A stretch of 64,000 nt of DNA. Origin: an uncultured bacterium (GTDB taxonomy: Bacteria > Patescibacteriota > Minisyncoccia > UBA6257 > GWB1-50-10). Below the pieces are notes generated by a model. It searched no databases, was not told the origin of the DNA, and saw nothing but the letters and a program-made list of their open reading frames with translations. Below are positions 54,056 through 64,000 of this stretch, piece by piece. Numbering within the stretch: position 1 is the first letter of the stretch; each line of letters opens with the position of its first letter. The position numbers were made by a program, and so were the translations under genes. The stretch lies in NCBI GenBank assembly GCA_963768835.1, contig CAVYJB010000002.1:459082-523081 (forward strand), written 5' to 3'.

Positions 54056-54685
54056 ATGGATATTCCCATCCTTATCTACGAGATTATCGTTTTGGTTTTC
54101 TCCGCCGTCGTCCACGAGGTGTCGCACGGCTTTATGGCGGAACGCCTCGGGGATCCCACCGCGCGGCTCGCGGGGCGCTTGACCCTGAATCCCCTGAAAC
54201 ACCTCGACCCGTTCGGTTCCGTGCTCTTGCCGCTCCTCATGCTTCTTTCGGGGACTGGTATCGTTTTCGGGTGGGCGAAACCGGTGCCCTACAACCCCTA
54301 CCAGCTCAAAGACCCAGCGAAGGGGGGAGCGCTCATCGCCGCCGCGGGTCCCGCCTCGAACCTCGCCATCGCGGCGGTCTTCGCACTTTTCTTCCGGGTC
54401 CTCGCGGCCGCCACCGGGCCCGTCCCGGGTTCAGCTGCGGCGCTCCTGCTCCTTACGGGTCTCATCGTGCAAGTGAATTTAATGCTCGCCATCTTTAATC
54501 TAGTACCGATTCCGCCCCTCGATGGTTCCAAGATCCTCATCGCGTTTTTGCCCGCGTCAGCCGGCAGAGCTTTCGGGAGTATTGAACGCTACGGTTTCCT
54601 TTTGGTACTTCTCTTCATCTTCTTTGGGTTTTCCATCATCGCTCCAGTTATCGGTGCCCTGTTCCACCTTCTTACGGGAGCGTGA
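54056..54685 (+). CDS. site-2 protease family (M50) membrane metalloprotease
   Basis: HExxH in TM helix (AVVHEVSHGFMA). Multiple TM helices and an LDGS motif (NLVPIPPLDGSKIL). Confidence 0.7.
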   Translation: MDIPILIYEIIVLVFSAVVHEVSHGFMAERLGDPTARLAGRLTLNPLKHLDPFGSVLLPLLMLLSGTGIVFGWAKPVPYNPYQLKDPAKGGALIAAAGPASNLAIAAVFALFFRVLAAATGPVPGSAAALLLLTGLIVQVNLMLAIFNLVPIPPLDGSKILIAFLPASAGRAFGSIERYGFLLVLLFIFFGFSIIAPVIGALFHLLTGA

Positions 54686-54695
54686 GGGGTTGGGA

Positions 54696-54725
54696 TTGAC
54701 ATATTCACGGCTTTTTCTCTATACT
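54696..54725 (+). promoter_or_regulatory. sigma-70-type promoter of the str operon (TTGACA-18 nt-TATACT)
   Basis: TTGACA at 54696-54701 and TATACT at 54720-54725, about 25 nt upstream of the rpsL ATG. No Shine-Dalgarno in the short leader. Confidence 0.55.
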
Positions 54726-54750
54726 TACGGGGCACTCGAAATTCCTTACC

Positions 54751-55164
54751 ATGCCTACAGTGCATCAACTGATCAAGCGCGGGCGCTCGAGCGCGGTCTC
54801 CAAGGCCAAGGCGCCGGCTTTGCGTTCCTATTTCAATTATCTCAAGAACCGACCGGTGGATTCACCATCGCCGTTCAAGCGCGGTGTCTGCCTCAAGGTA
54901 TTCACCACCACGCCGAAAAAGCCGAACTCTGCACTTCGGAAAGTCGCACGTGTGCGTCTCACGAACGGTATGGAGGTCACGGCCTATATTCCCGGTGAAG
55001 GACACTCGCTTCAGGAGCACTCTGTGGTGGTCGTGCGCGGTGGCCGCGTGAAGGATCTTCCCGGCGTGCGCTATCACATCATTCGCGGTGTTCTCGACAC
55101 CACGGGCGTGGAGGCGCGGCATCAGCAGCGATCGAAGTACGGCGCAAAGCGCCCTAAGAAATAG
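54751..55164 (+). CDS. rpsL: 30S ribosomal protein S12
   Basis: [12 protein letters not shown]...[59 protein letters not shown]. Confidence 0.95.
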   Translation: MPTVHQLIKRGRSSAVSKAKAPALRSYFNYLKNRPVDSPSPFKRGVCLKVFTTTPKKPNSALRKVARVRLTNGMEVTAYIPGEGHSLQEHSVVVVRGGRVKDLPGVRYHIIRGVLDTTGVEARHQQRSKYGAKRPKK

Positions 55165-55165
55165 C

Positions 55166-55636
55166 ATGCGTAAGCGCGGGTATTACAAGCGGCGGGAACA
55201 CGCGGTGGATCCAGTCCATGGCCGCGTTGACGCGGCGCGGTTCATCAACTACCTCATGGTGGGTGGTCGGAAAACCGCCGCGGAGAAAAATTTCTATGGA
55301 GCTCTGAAGATCGTAGAGACGACCGCGAAAGAGGACCCGGTGAAGGTGTTTGAACGGGCACTCCAGAACGCGACGCCGCTCCTTGAGGTGATGTCACGGC
55401 GCGTCGGCGGCGCAAACTACCAGATCCCGCGCGAGGTGCGCCCCGAGCGGAAGTTTTTCCTTGCGTGTCACTGGCTTATCGCGGCAGCGCGCGCCAAGAA
55501 AGGAAAGCCCATGGCGGCCAAGCTTGCGGAAGAAATCCTCGCGGCCTCCAAGGGCGAGGGGTCGGCGATCAAGAAAAAGCAGGATATGCATCGGATGGCG
55601 GAGGCGAACCGAGCGTTCGCGTCCCTGATCCGCTAA
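55166..55636 (+). CDS. rpsG: 30S ribosomal protein S7
   Basis: MRKRGYYKRREHAVDPVHGRVDAARFINYLMVGGRKTAAEKNFYGAL...GGANYQIPREVRPERKFFLACHWLI. Confidence 0.95.
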   Translation: MRKRGYYKRREHAVDPVHGRVDAARFINYLMVGGRKTAAEKNFYGALKIVETTAKEDPVKVFERALQNATPLLEVMSRRVGGANYQIPREVRPERKFFLACHWLIAAARAKKGKPMAAKLAEEILAASKGEGSAIKKKQDMHRMAEANRAFASLIR

Positions 55637-55702
55637 CGCACGGAGCGAGCCCTGAAACCAAACCCGGCTCGCCAAAGCGAGCCGGTTTCCATACTACAAC
55701 GT

Positions 55703-57813
55703 ATGCCCAGACAGTATCCCATCGAGAAAGTCCGCGACATCGGTATTATCGCACACATCGACGCGGGCAAGACCACGGTTTCCGAGCGGGTGCTTTTCTA
55801 CACCGGCGTTTCGCACAAGATCGGAGAGGTGCACACGGGTGACACCGTGATGGACTGGATGGAGCAGGAGCGGGAGCGCGGCATCACGATTACCTCGGCT
55901 GCCACAACCTGTTTCTGGATACCCACCTATCGCAAAGGGGACAAGAAGTACGAGCACCGCATCAACCTCATCGACACCCCGGGCCACATCGATTTCACCG
56001 TCGAGGTGAAACGATCTCTCCGTGTCCTGGACGGCGCCGTCGTCGTTTTTGACGGCGTGGCGGGCGTGGAACCTCAATCGGAGACGAACTGGCGATACGC
56101 CGACGAGTATGTCGTCCCGCGCATGTGTTTCGTGAACAAGCTCGACCGGATGGGCGCGGACTTTTACGCGGACATGCAGAGCATCCATGAGCGGCTCACC
56201 CCGAACGCGGTGGCGCTCCAGCTCCCCGTGGGTATCGAGGACAATTTCTCAGGCATCATCGACCTCCTCACGATGAAGATGTACACGTCCGAGGGGGACA
56301 AGGGGGAACGGCTCATCGAGAAAGAAGTGCCCGCGGAGATGAAAGTGAAAGCGGATGAGTATCGCCATATCCTCGTCGAGAAGATTGCGGAGACCGACGA
56401 CATCCTCATCCAGAGATATTTAGATAACAAGGAAATTTCGGTCGAGGAGCTCAAGGCTGCGCTTCGCAAAGCGACACTCGCGGTGAAACTCATCCCGGTG
56501 CTCTGCGGATCGGCGCTCAAGAATAAGGGTGTCCAGCTTATGTTGGATGCCGTGGTGGACTACCTGCCATCGCCGAACGACATGCCGGCCACGAAAGGTA
56601 TCGACCCCGCGACCGGCGCCGAAGTGGAGCGTCACCCGAAGGATGACGAGCCTTTCGCCGCGCTGGCCTTCAAGATCGCGGCCGATCCCTTTGTGGGGTC
56701 GCTAACGTACTTCCGCGTATATTCGGGAACGCTGAAGCGCGGAAGCTATATTATGAATGCGACGAAGGGGGACCAGGAACGCATCGGGCGCATCGTGCTG
56801 ATGCACGCAAACCATCGCGAGGAAGCGGAGGAAGTCCACGCGGGCGATCTCGGAGCGCTCGTAGGCCTCAAAAATACCACGACGGGGGATTCGCTCGTGG
56901 ATCCGGAACATCCCATGGTGCTCGAGACCATCACGTTCCCGGAGCCCGTGATTTTCATCCGCATCGAGCCGAAAACCAAGGTAGACCAGGAGAAGATGGG
57001 GGTGGCCCTGCGACGCCTCGCGGAAGAGGACCCCACCTTCCGCGTGAAGGGAGACGAGGCGACCGGGGAGACCATCATCGGTGGAATGGGTGAGCTCCAC
57101 CTCGAGATCATTGTCGACCGAATGAAGCGCGAGTTCTCAGTCGAGGCAAATGTCGGCCGCCCGCAGGTGGCGTATAAGGAGACCGTGAAGGGGAAAGCGG
57201 AAGCGGAAGGAAAATATATTCGACAATCCGGTGGCCGCGGGCAGTATGGGCATGTCTGGCTTCGGGTCCAACCGATGGAGCGAGGGAAGGGTTTCGAGTT
57301 CTTGGACGAGATCAAGGGTGGTGTTATCCCGCAAGAGTTCATTGCTCCGACCGAGAAGGGCGTGCGCGAGGCGCTTGATAAGGGCGTGCTCGCGCCGGCT
57401 ATCCGTTGACCGACATCGAGGTGACGCTCTTCGATGGTTCCTTCCACGAAGTGGACTCCTCGGAGTTCGCGTTCAAGATCGCGGCTTCGATGGCCGTGCA
57501 GGAGGCGACGAAGCGTGCGAAGCTCGTGCTCTTGGAGCCCGTGATGAAAGTGCAGGTCATTACCCCACCCGATTTCCTGGGTGATGTGACGGGAGATCTC
57601 TCGTCCCGCCGCGCCAAGATCACGTCGATGGGGGAGCGCGGCTCCGCGCGTATCGTGGACGCCGAAGTGCCGCTCGCGGAGATGTTCGGCTATGTTACCA
57701 ACCTTCGCTCGATGTCCCAGGGTCGTGGCAGCTTCACGATGGAATTTTTGAAGTACGACGAGGTCCCGGCGAGTGTCGCGCAGGTCATCATCGAGGGGAA
57801 AGCGAAGAAGTAA
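55703..57813 (+). CDS. fusA: elongation factor G, split by an apparent 1-nt deletion near 57395
   Basis: GTPase G1-G5 motifs ([18 protein letters not shown]). Frame A stops after ...KGVLAPAIR* at 57409, and frame B continues ...[33 protein letters not shown], which is EF-G domain IV/V. A single-base deletion in GCGGCC explains the split. Confidence 0.85.
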
Positions 57814-58006
57814 CCCTACCTGTTCCAAGGATTTCGAGTTAGAACTTATATACTTATCCACACCTTGGTCGGGAACTTGACATTTCAAGGGGTTTCCGCA
57901 AGAATGAGCTTGCACACTTTGGACCCGTGTGAGGACGGGTTCGAAGAATTCTCGAAATTTTATTAGGTCGAAACCAAAAACAAATTTAAATAGAAACAAT
58001 ACACTA

Positions 58007-59212
58007 TGGCAGAAAAAGAAAAATTCGCAGCGGTCGAAGCCGCACGTGAACGTCGGCACCATCGGTCACGTCGACCACGGCAAGACGACCTTGACCGCGG
58101 CGATCACGCACGTGTTGCACATGAAGGGTCTCGCAAAGAAAGGAGGAAGGCGTGAACGAGATCGACAACGCTCCGGAAGAGAAGGCGCGCGGTATCACTA
58201 TCGCGCTGCACCACTCGGAATATGAGTCGGAGAAGCGCCACTACGCGCACATCGACGCTCCGGGACACGCGGACTACATCAAGAACATGATCACGGGCGC
58301 CGCCCAGATGGACGGCGCGATCCTCGTGGTCGCCGCGACGGACGGCCCGATGCCGCAGACGCGCGAGCACATCCTTCTGGCCACCAGGTAGGCGTGCCGA
58401 AGATCATCGTCTTCCTGAACAAGTGCGACATGGTGGACGATCCGGAACTCATCGATCTCGTGGAATCCGAGGTGCGCGAGCTTCTGAAGAAGTACCGGCT
58501 TCGACGGGCGACAACGACCCCGATCATCCGCGGTTCGGCACTCAAGGCGCTTGAGCACGAAATCGCCGGATGACGCGGCCGCGAAGCCGATCCTGGACCT
58601 CGTGAAGGCGCTGGACGACTATATTCCGGACCCGGTCCGCGAAATGGACAAGCCGTTCCTTATGCCGATCGAAGACATCTTCTCGATTGAAGGCCGCGGC
58701 ACGGTCGTGACCGGGCCGCATTGAGCGCGGCAACGTCAAGGTGAACGAGGAAGTGGAGATCGTCGGTCTCCGCCCGACGCCGAAGACGGTCGTGACGGGC
58801 ATCGAGATGTTCAACAAGATCTTGGACGAGGGCCGGCCGGCGACAACGTCGGTGTGCTGCTCCGCGGCTTCAAGAAAGAGGACGTGGAGCGCGGGCAGGT
58901 CATCGCGAAGCCGGGTTCGCGTCACGCCGCACACCGAATTCGAGGCCGAAGTGTACGTGCTCTCGAAGGAGGAAGGCGGACGCCACACGCCGTTCTTCAA
59001 GGGCTACAAGCCGCAGTTCTACATCCGCACGACTGACGTGACCGGCGAGGTCACGCTGCCCGCAGGGCACGGAAATGGTCATGCCGGGCGACACCGTGAC
59101 GATCACCGTCAAGCTCATCGCTCCGGTGGCGCTCGAAGAGAAACAGCGCTTCGCCATCCGCGAAGGCGGCAAGACCGTCGGCGCCGGCGCCGTGACGAAG
59201 ATCATCAAATAA
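58007..59212 (+). pseudogene. tuf: elongation factor Tu with multiple (>=5) apparent frameshifts
   Basis: EF-Tu segments appear in all three frames. [27 protein letters not shown] is out of frame with the ATG, followed by [76 protein letters not shown] and then [24 protein letters not shown]... . Stops at 58391 and 58566 interrupt the frames. Confidence 0.8.
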
Positions 59213-59258
59213 CGGAAAGCCATCCGGCTTATACGGCCACCCGCACCTTACCAACCAC

Positions 59259-59596
59259 ATGGCAAAGAAAGAAGAACAGCGCACAAAGAAAGTCTGCGCC
59301 TGCAGGGTCAAGTCCTACGATCGCGAAGCTCATCGACAATTCGGTGCGCCAGATCATCGAAGCCATCGGAGCGCCAAGGCGGCGAAGGTCATCGGACCGA
59401 TGCCGCTTCCGACGGAGTTCAAGAAGTACACCGTGAACCGTTCGACCTTCGTGCACAAGAAATCGCGCGAACAGTTCGAGACTGCGCGTGCACAAGCGCC
59501 TGATGGACATCCTGAACCCGCACCAGAAGATAATTGAATCCCTCGAGGGATCTGAACCTTCCGGCGGGGGTGGATGTGGAGATAAAGATGAGCTAA
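59259..59596 (+). pseudogene. rpsJ: 30S ribosomal protein S10 with multiple apparent frameshifts
   Basis: S10 segments are spread over three frames: MAKKEEQR...RVKSYD, then [14 protein letters not shown], then [33 protein letters not shown], then [18 protein letters not shown], then DLNLPAGVDVEIKMS*. Confidence 0.75.
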
Positions 59597-60316
59597 GGGA
59601 AGGATTGGTATCGCTCATGAAGAACCGCCCTCATTCAAAGAATGGGGGCGTCGCTTTTGCAATAGCATAGAGCATGGAGGAGTTCGTGGAGCGGGTGATA
59701 ACCACCTTCCGACCGAAGTGGCGCGAGCAGTGAATACATCGCTGTCCGGAAAGGATAATCGCCATATGGGTGACCACTTTTTCAGAGAGACTCGCCCTGC
59801 GTTTCAGGTAAAGAACATATCCAGACGGGTGAGCTTTCGAGCTCTTCTGCCGTCACGTTTGATGCCAGGGGAGGCAATGTCAGGCGTACCGCTCGGTATA
59901 CTGCACGGACGAACGCCGTGCAATCAAAATCGGCTGAATAAGACCTTCCAAGATACAGGAGGGCTTCTCTTTCAACCCTTTCAGCCGTTTCCTTGGTAAA
60001 GGACATAGGCATTTCTCCTTATGGCGTGCGGATTTGGAGGGACTCGGGACTATGATATGGCATTGAAAAGCATTGTCAATCTGAGTCGAGCAGGGAGTTG
60101 ACGAAATTCGCGGCTCCTATAGGATACGTGAGGTTTAGCCAGTGTGGTTCGGTAGTAGAACTCCAGGCTTGACTTGGTGTTCTCTGTCCCTCACCCCTTG
60201 GAAACTTTCCCCCAGCGATGCTGGACCAGGAACAGCCCAACGGGTCGAGCATAGCGAATCGTGGAGTTGGGAAGCTGCGTGCTACCCCAAGTGGTTCTAT
60301 CTACGTTATACGAAGC

Positions 60317-60754
60317 ATGGAGAAAGTTACGCTCAAAAAACTGAAAATGACGCAGGTCTGGAAAGACGACGCCGTCGTCCCCGTAACCGTCCTCACTCTT
60401 TCTAAGGAAGGCGATGTCGCATCCCTCGGTGTCTTCAAGGTAGGCGATCTTGTAAAGGTTACCGGTACCTCGAAGGGGAAAGGATTCCAAGGCGTCGTGA
60501 AACGGCACGGCTTCCACGGTGGTCCTCGGAGTCACGGTCAAAAGGACCGCCTCCGCTCGCCCGGTTCCATTGGTCCTACGGCGCCGCAGCGCGTGCTGCC
60601 GGGCCGCAAGATGGCGGGACACATGGGGGCGGCGCGGGTTACCGTAAAAAATCTTTTAGTGGCAGACGTGAAACCGGAAGAGCGGACACTCCTCGTACGG
60701 GGCGCGGTGCCAGGCGCGCGCGGAAGTGCAGTTATCGTGCGAAAGGATTCTTAA
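60317..60754 (+). CDS. rplC: 50S ribosomal protein L3 (unusually short, ~146 aa)
   Basis: [26 protein letters not shown] ... [27 protein letters not shown] ... GRKMAGHMG ... [19 protein letters not shown]. About 50-60 residues between the PVTV and [10 protein letters not shown] motifs are missing relative to typical bacterial L3. The ORF-track start at 60218 is probably an upstream extension. Confidence 0.75.
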   Translation: MEKVTLKKLKMTQVWKDDAVVPVTVLTLSKEGDVASLGVFKVGDLVKVTGTSKGKGFQGVVKRHGFHGGPRSHGQKDRLRSPGSIGPTAPQRVLPGRKMAGHMGAARVTVKNLLVADVKPEERTLLVRGAVPGARGSAVIVRKDS

Positions 60755-60762
60755 CTATTACC

Positions 60763-61386
60763 ATGGATGCTGAGCTTTTGAATCGCGAGAACAAGAAGGT
60801 AGGAACGGTGAGCGTCCCGGACGCCGTTTTTGCGCGAAAGTGGAACGCCGATCTGGTCCATCAAGTGGTGACGGCAGAGCGTGCCAACGCGCGGAATCCC
60901 ATTGCACACACAAAGGATCGGAGTGAGGTGCGTGGCGGTGGTAAGAAGCCGTGGGCGCAGAAACACGCCGGGAAAGCCCGTCATGGATCGACCCGTTCGC
61001 CCCTTTGGGCGGGTGGAGGTGTTACCTTCGGGCCGCGCAAAGACCGCGATTTCACTCAGAAAATCAACAAGAAGATGCGGCGGGCAGCTCTTTACTCGCT
61101 ACTTTCGCGGAAGCTCAAGGACGGCGAAGTGAAGTTTCTTGAGGATCTGAAGCTCCCAGAGCGGAAGACCAAGCAGGTCGCTCTCATGCTCAAGGGATTT
61201 TTCAAAACACCGCAGAGCGTTCTCATTGTCCCTGCCAAAGGGAATATCGATATTTTTCATGCAGGCCGGAACATTCCGCGCATCGCCATCACCGCAGCGC
61301 CGTCGCTTGGCGTCTACGAATGCTCAACCCACCGCTATCTCATGATCGAGAAGGCCGCCATTCTGGAGCTCACTCCGTCAAAATAA
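60763..61386 (+). CDS. rplD: 50S ribosomal protein L4
   Basis: VRGGGKKPWAQKHAGKARHGSTRSPLWAGGGVTFGPR is the L4 signature. Confidence 0.9.
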   Translation: MDAELLNRENKKVGTVSVPDAVFARKWNADLVHQVVTAERANARNPIAHTKDRSEVRGGGKKPWAQKHAGKARHGSTRSPLWAGGGVTFGPRKDRDFTQKINKKMRRAALYSLLSRKLKDGEVKFLEDLKLPERKTKQVALMLKGFFKTPQSVLIVPAKGNIDIFHAGRNIPRIAITAAPSLGVYECSTHRYLMIEKAAILELTPSK

Positions 61387-61390
61387 CCCT

Positions 61391-61762
61391 ATGAGCCTTT
61401 TAAAGAAAAAAGCGAAGCCCGAGCCGGCGGAAACCGCCGTTCCGACGGAGGTCCCAACGGAGAACAAGCCGACGGTCCTTTCCGGCAGCGTTTTCCAGAG
61501 CGTCATTCGTCGCCCGCATGTGAGCGAAAAGACCGCGCGCACGGAGGTGAACCGGCAGTACGCCTTTGAGGTGCATCCGGACGCCAACAAATCCGTGGTG
61601 CGGGAAGAGGTGGAGCATCTCTATCGCGTGACTGTGGAACGGGTGAACATCGTGCGTCTCAAGGGCAAGCCTAAGCGATGGGGTTCCCACGCCGGTTCCC
61701 AGTCCCCGCGGAAGAAAGCCATTGTTACCCTGAAAGCAGGACAGAAGATCGATACTATCTAA
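61391..61762 (+). CDS. rplW: 50S ribosomal protein L23
   Basis: VIRRPHVSEKTARTEVNRQYAFEVHPDANKSVVREEVEHLYRVTVERVNIV. Confidence 0.9.
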   Translation: MSLLKKKAKPEPAETAVPTEVPTENKPTVLSGSVFQSVIRRPHVSEKTARTEVNRQYAFEVHPDANKSVVREEVEHLYRVTVERVNIVRLKGKPKRWGSHAGSQSPRKKAIVTLKAGQKIDTI

Positions 61763-61764
61763 TC

Positions 61765-62592
61765 ATGAAACAGTTCGGACCCTACACCGCTTCGCGCCGG
61801 AATTACTCCACTGTTGACTACGGTGGCCTCACGCGTTCCAAGCCGCACAAAGCTCTTACGCGGAACCTTCCTTCACACGCAGGCCGGAACCATTCCGGGC
61901 GCATCACCGTGCGGCACCAGGGCGGGGGCAACAAGAGGACCTACCGCGACGTGGATTTCAAGCAGAACAAGATCGGCGTCATGGGACGTGTGGAGAGCAT
62001 CGAATACGATCCCTATCGCACGGCGTTCATCGCTCTCGTGGTGTATCGGGACGGCGACCGTCGCTACATCTTGGCGCCCCAGGGGCTTCAAGTAGGCGCC
62101 TCCATTATCACGTCCGAGGACGCACCGTTCGAAGTCGGGAATCGCACGAAGATGGAACGCATCCCGGCGGGCACTTTTGTATACAATGTGGAGCTTGCGC
62201 CCGGACGCGGTGGCCAGCTTGCGCGTTCCGCGGGATCTTCGGCGCAGGTCCTCGCGAACGAGGACGGCTACACGCACCTTCGGATGTCCTCCGGCGAGGT
62301 TCGTAAGGTTCTCTGGACCTGTCTCGCTTCTATTGGGCAAGTTTCAAATCCCGAACACAACCTCACGGTGATTGGTAAAGCGGGGCGCTCCCGGTGGCTC
62401 GGTGTTCGGCCCACCGTCCGCGGTACCGCGATGAACCCCCGCGACCATCCCTATGGAGGCGGTGAAGGCCGCCAGCCGCGCGGTACGCGTCGGCCCAAGA
62501 CCAAGTGGGGGAAGATCACCGGTGGTCGCAGGACGCGGAACAAGAAGAAGTGGTCGTCGAAGCTCATCCTCGAGCGACGGAAGAAGAAATAA
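61765..62592 (+). CDS. rplB: 50S ribosomal protein L2
   Basis: MKQFGPYTASRRNYSTVDYGG...GRNHSGRITVRHQGGGNKRTYR...GTAMNPRDHPYGGGEGR. The ORF-track start at 61678 overlaps rplW. Confidence 0.95.
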   Translation: MKQFGPYTASRRNYSTVDYGGLTRSKPHKALTRNLPSHAGRNHSGRITVRHQGGGNKRTYRDVDFKQNKIGVMGRVESIEYDPYRTAFIALVVYRDGDRRYILAPQGLQVGASIITSEDAPFEVGNRTKMERIPAGTFVYNVELAPGRGGQLARSAGSSAQVLANEDGYTHLRMSSGEVRKVLWTCLASIGQVSNPEHNLTVIGKAGRSRWLGVRPTVRGTAMNPRDHPYGGGEGRQPRGTRRPKTKWGKITGGRRTRNKKKWSSKLILERRKKK

Positions 62593-62598
62593 TCTATT

Positions 62599-62913
62599 AT
62601 GTCTCGATCATCCAAGAAGGGCCCGTGGGTCGACCCGCGGCTCCTCAAGAAAATCAATGGCGTGAAGCCCGATGGGAAGACCGTCATCAAGACCTGGTCG
62701 CGTTCCTCCGAAATCTCTCCGGAGATGGTCGGACACGTGTTCGGTGTCCACAACGGCAAGCAATTCATCGAAGTTCACGTGGGCGAGGATATGGTGGGGC
62801 ATCGTCTGGGGGAGTTCTCGCTGACCCGGAAGTTCGTGAAACACGGCGGCAAGATGCAGAAAGACCTTGAGCAGTCCGCCGCGCAGACGCCGGCCGTAGC
62901 CCCCAAGAAATAA
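62599..62913 (+). CDS. rpsS: 30S ribosomal protein S19
   Basis: [19 protein letters not shown]...[35 protein letters not shown]. Confidence 0.95.
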   Translation: MSRSSKKGPWVDPRLLKKINGVKPDGKTVIKTWSRSSEISPEMVGHVFGVHNGKQFIEVHVGEDMVGHRLGEFSLTRKFVKHGGKMQKDLEQSAAQTPAVAPKK

Positions 62914-62916
62914 CCC

Positions 62917-63456
62917 ATGGCTACCACCGTCACCGTAAAACTTCGCTATCTCCACATTTCGACCCGCAAGGTTCGCTCGGTTGCAGACCTCATCCGGGGC
63001 CTTTCAGTGAACCACGCAGAGGCGCAGCTTTCGCTCTCGCCCCGGCGCGCGAGCGCGCCCATCCTGAAGCTCCTTCGAAGCGGGGTGGCGAGCGCGCAGG
63101 CGGTGTTGAAAGCCGAACCGAAGCAGCTGGTAATACGGGAGGTACGCGTGGATCAGGGGCCTCGCATGAAGCGATACACACCGCGGGCACGCGGGTCAAT
63201 GAGCAAGATTGAGCGAAAGACAAGCCACGTGACAATCGTTCTCGGCGTCGTGGAAGCGACACCGAAGCGGACCTTCACCTTCCGACCGAAACCCAAGAAA
63301 GAGAAGGAGAAAGAGTCGAAGTCGAAGCGGGCACCGAAAGCCGGTGAACCCCATGAGCACGACCACGAGCCGGCTGCGAAAGCGGCGCCCGCGGTGAAGC
63401 GCTCGCCCGCGAAGGAGGGCGGCTGGCGCCGGGTTTTCCGTCGCAAAGCCGTTTAG
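62917..63456 (+). CDS. rplV: 50S ribosomal protein L22 with a lysine/glutamate-rich C-terminal extension
   Basis: L22 core (LRYLHISTRKVRSVADLIRGLSVNHAEAQL ... RMKRYTPRARGSMSKIERKTSHVTIVL) plus a basic/acidic tail of about 60 aa. Confidence 0.9.
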   Translation: MATTVTVKLRYLHISTRKVRSVADLIRGLSVNHAEAQLSLSPRRASAPILKLLRSGVASAQAVLKAEPKQLVIREVRVDQGPRMKRYTPRARGSMSKIERKTSHVTIVLGVVEATPKRTFTFRPKPKKEKEKESKSKRAPKAGEPHEHDHEPAAKAAPAVKRSPAKEGGWRRVFRRKAV

Positions 63457-63501
63457 AAAGTTTGCGAATCCTCGCTCACTAAGGTATCGTTCCCTAAGCT
63501 T

Positions 63502-64000
63502 ATGGCACAGAAAGTCAAACCCAACACGTATCGTCTCGGTATCACGCAGCCCTGGTCTAGCCGGTGGTTTTACCACAAATCCCAGAGCTTCTTTCTCGAG
63601 GAAGACGAGTTCATGCGCAAGTTCATTACCAAGCGCATTCTCCAAGCGGGCATTGCTTCTATCGAGATCGAGCGTACCACCCAGATGATCCGAATCTCTA
63701 TTCACGCAGGGCGCCCCGGCCTCATCATCGGCCGCGGGGGCAAGGGGATTGAGGAGCTGAAGGACGGACTCATGAAAGGGATGGCAGCGCTCCGCACGGC
63801 GCGTGGCGTGCCTCCGAAGTTCGCTCTGTCCCTAAACATCGAGGAGCTTCGGCGCTCCGACGTATCCGCGCAGGTGACGGCGCAGCAAATCGCTTTCGAT
63901 CTGGAGAAACGGCAGCCCTATCGGCGGGTGATGAAGCGTGCCATCGAGGCCGTGATGCAGAACCGCGACGTGAAGGGCGTGAAGGTGCGCCTCTCGGGCC
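63502..64000 (+). CDS. rpsC: 30S ribosomal protein S3 (3' partial; continues past window end)
   Basis: MAQKVKPNTYRLGITQPWSSRWFY...KH domain GRPGLIIGRGGKGIEELK. Confidence 0.9.
   Translation, partial: MAQKVKPNTYRLGITQPWSSRWFYHKSQSFFLEEDEFMRKFITKRILQAGIASIEIERTTQMIRISIHAGRPGLIIGRGGKGIEELKDGLMKGMAALRTARGVPPKFALSLNIEELRRSDVSAQVTAQQIAFDLEKRQPYRRVMKRAIEAVMQNRDVKGVKVRLSG

Noticed and set aside
57380-59600. Frameshifts in fusA, tuf and rpsJ, considered as programmed ribosomal frameshifting or recoding
   Set aside because: There are too many shifts (about 10), in both +1 and -1 directions, with no slippery heptamers or stimulatory structures, in genes never known to be recoded. Sequence error is far more parsimonious.
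59782-60012. 76-codon minus-strand ORF with an NlpC/P60-like Cys motif, considered as an intact small peptidase or toxin gene
   Set aside because: It is too short to contain the His/His(Glu) partners of a C40 catalytic triad. It lies in a region with evident sequence damage, so it is reported only as a possible remnant within a finding.

Overview
This 64-kb window is GC-rich and gene-dense, with almost every gene on the + strand. The gene content is consistent with a Candidate Phyla Radiation/Patescibacteria-type bacterium; that placement is inference. The evidence is a DUF4870 protein, a giant DUF2341/LamG/Gly-rich surface protein, short aminoacyl-tRNA synthetases, a dnaG-rpoD operon and weak or absent Shine-Dalgarno sequences.

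Housekeeping genes include dnaG-rpoD, alaS, tsaC, efp, mnmA, aspS, ndk, a NUDIX hydrolase, mscL, msrB, pdaD and one tRNA-Pro(GGG). The window ends in the str/S10 ribosomal cluster: rpsL, rpsG, fusA, tuf, rpsJ, rplC, rplD, rplW, rplB, rpsS, rplV and a partial rpsC.

There are two accessory envelope loci:
- Locus 1 (1-7400) carries an ECF sigma/anti-sigma pair, a MacAB-like HlyD/ABC efflux set, and a 618-aa Ig-repeat surface protein with a peptidoglycan-binding tail.
- Locus 2 (29.3-48.9 kb) is the most striking feature. It opens with a 4,428-aa membrane-anchored giant surface protein containing a Gly-rich domain, 7 beta-propeller tandem repeats, two DUF2341+LamG-like modules and Kelch-like repeats. 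Downstream is a co-oriented operon of small secreted proteins that share a conserved WxL-like C-terminal motif with the giant protein's C-terminus, a CscA-like (DUF916/DUF3324-like) membrane protein, a dockerin protein and two membrane-anchored cohesin proteins. I interpret this as a previously undescribed Csc/WxL-like plus cohesin-dockerin cell-surface display and attachment system.

Several genes carry apparent single-base frameshifts: fusA, tuf, rpsJ and one WxL-like paralog. These most likely reflect a local sequence-quality problem rather than biology.
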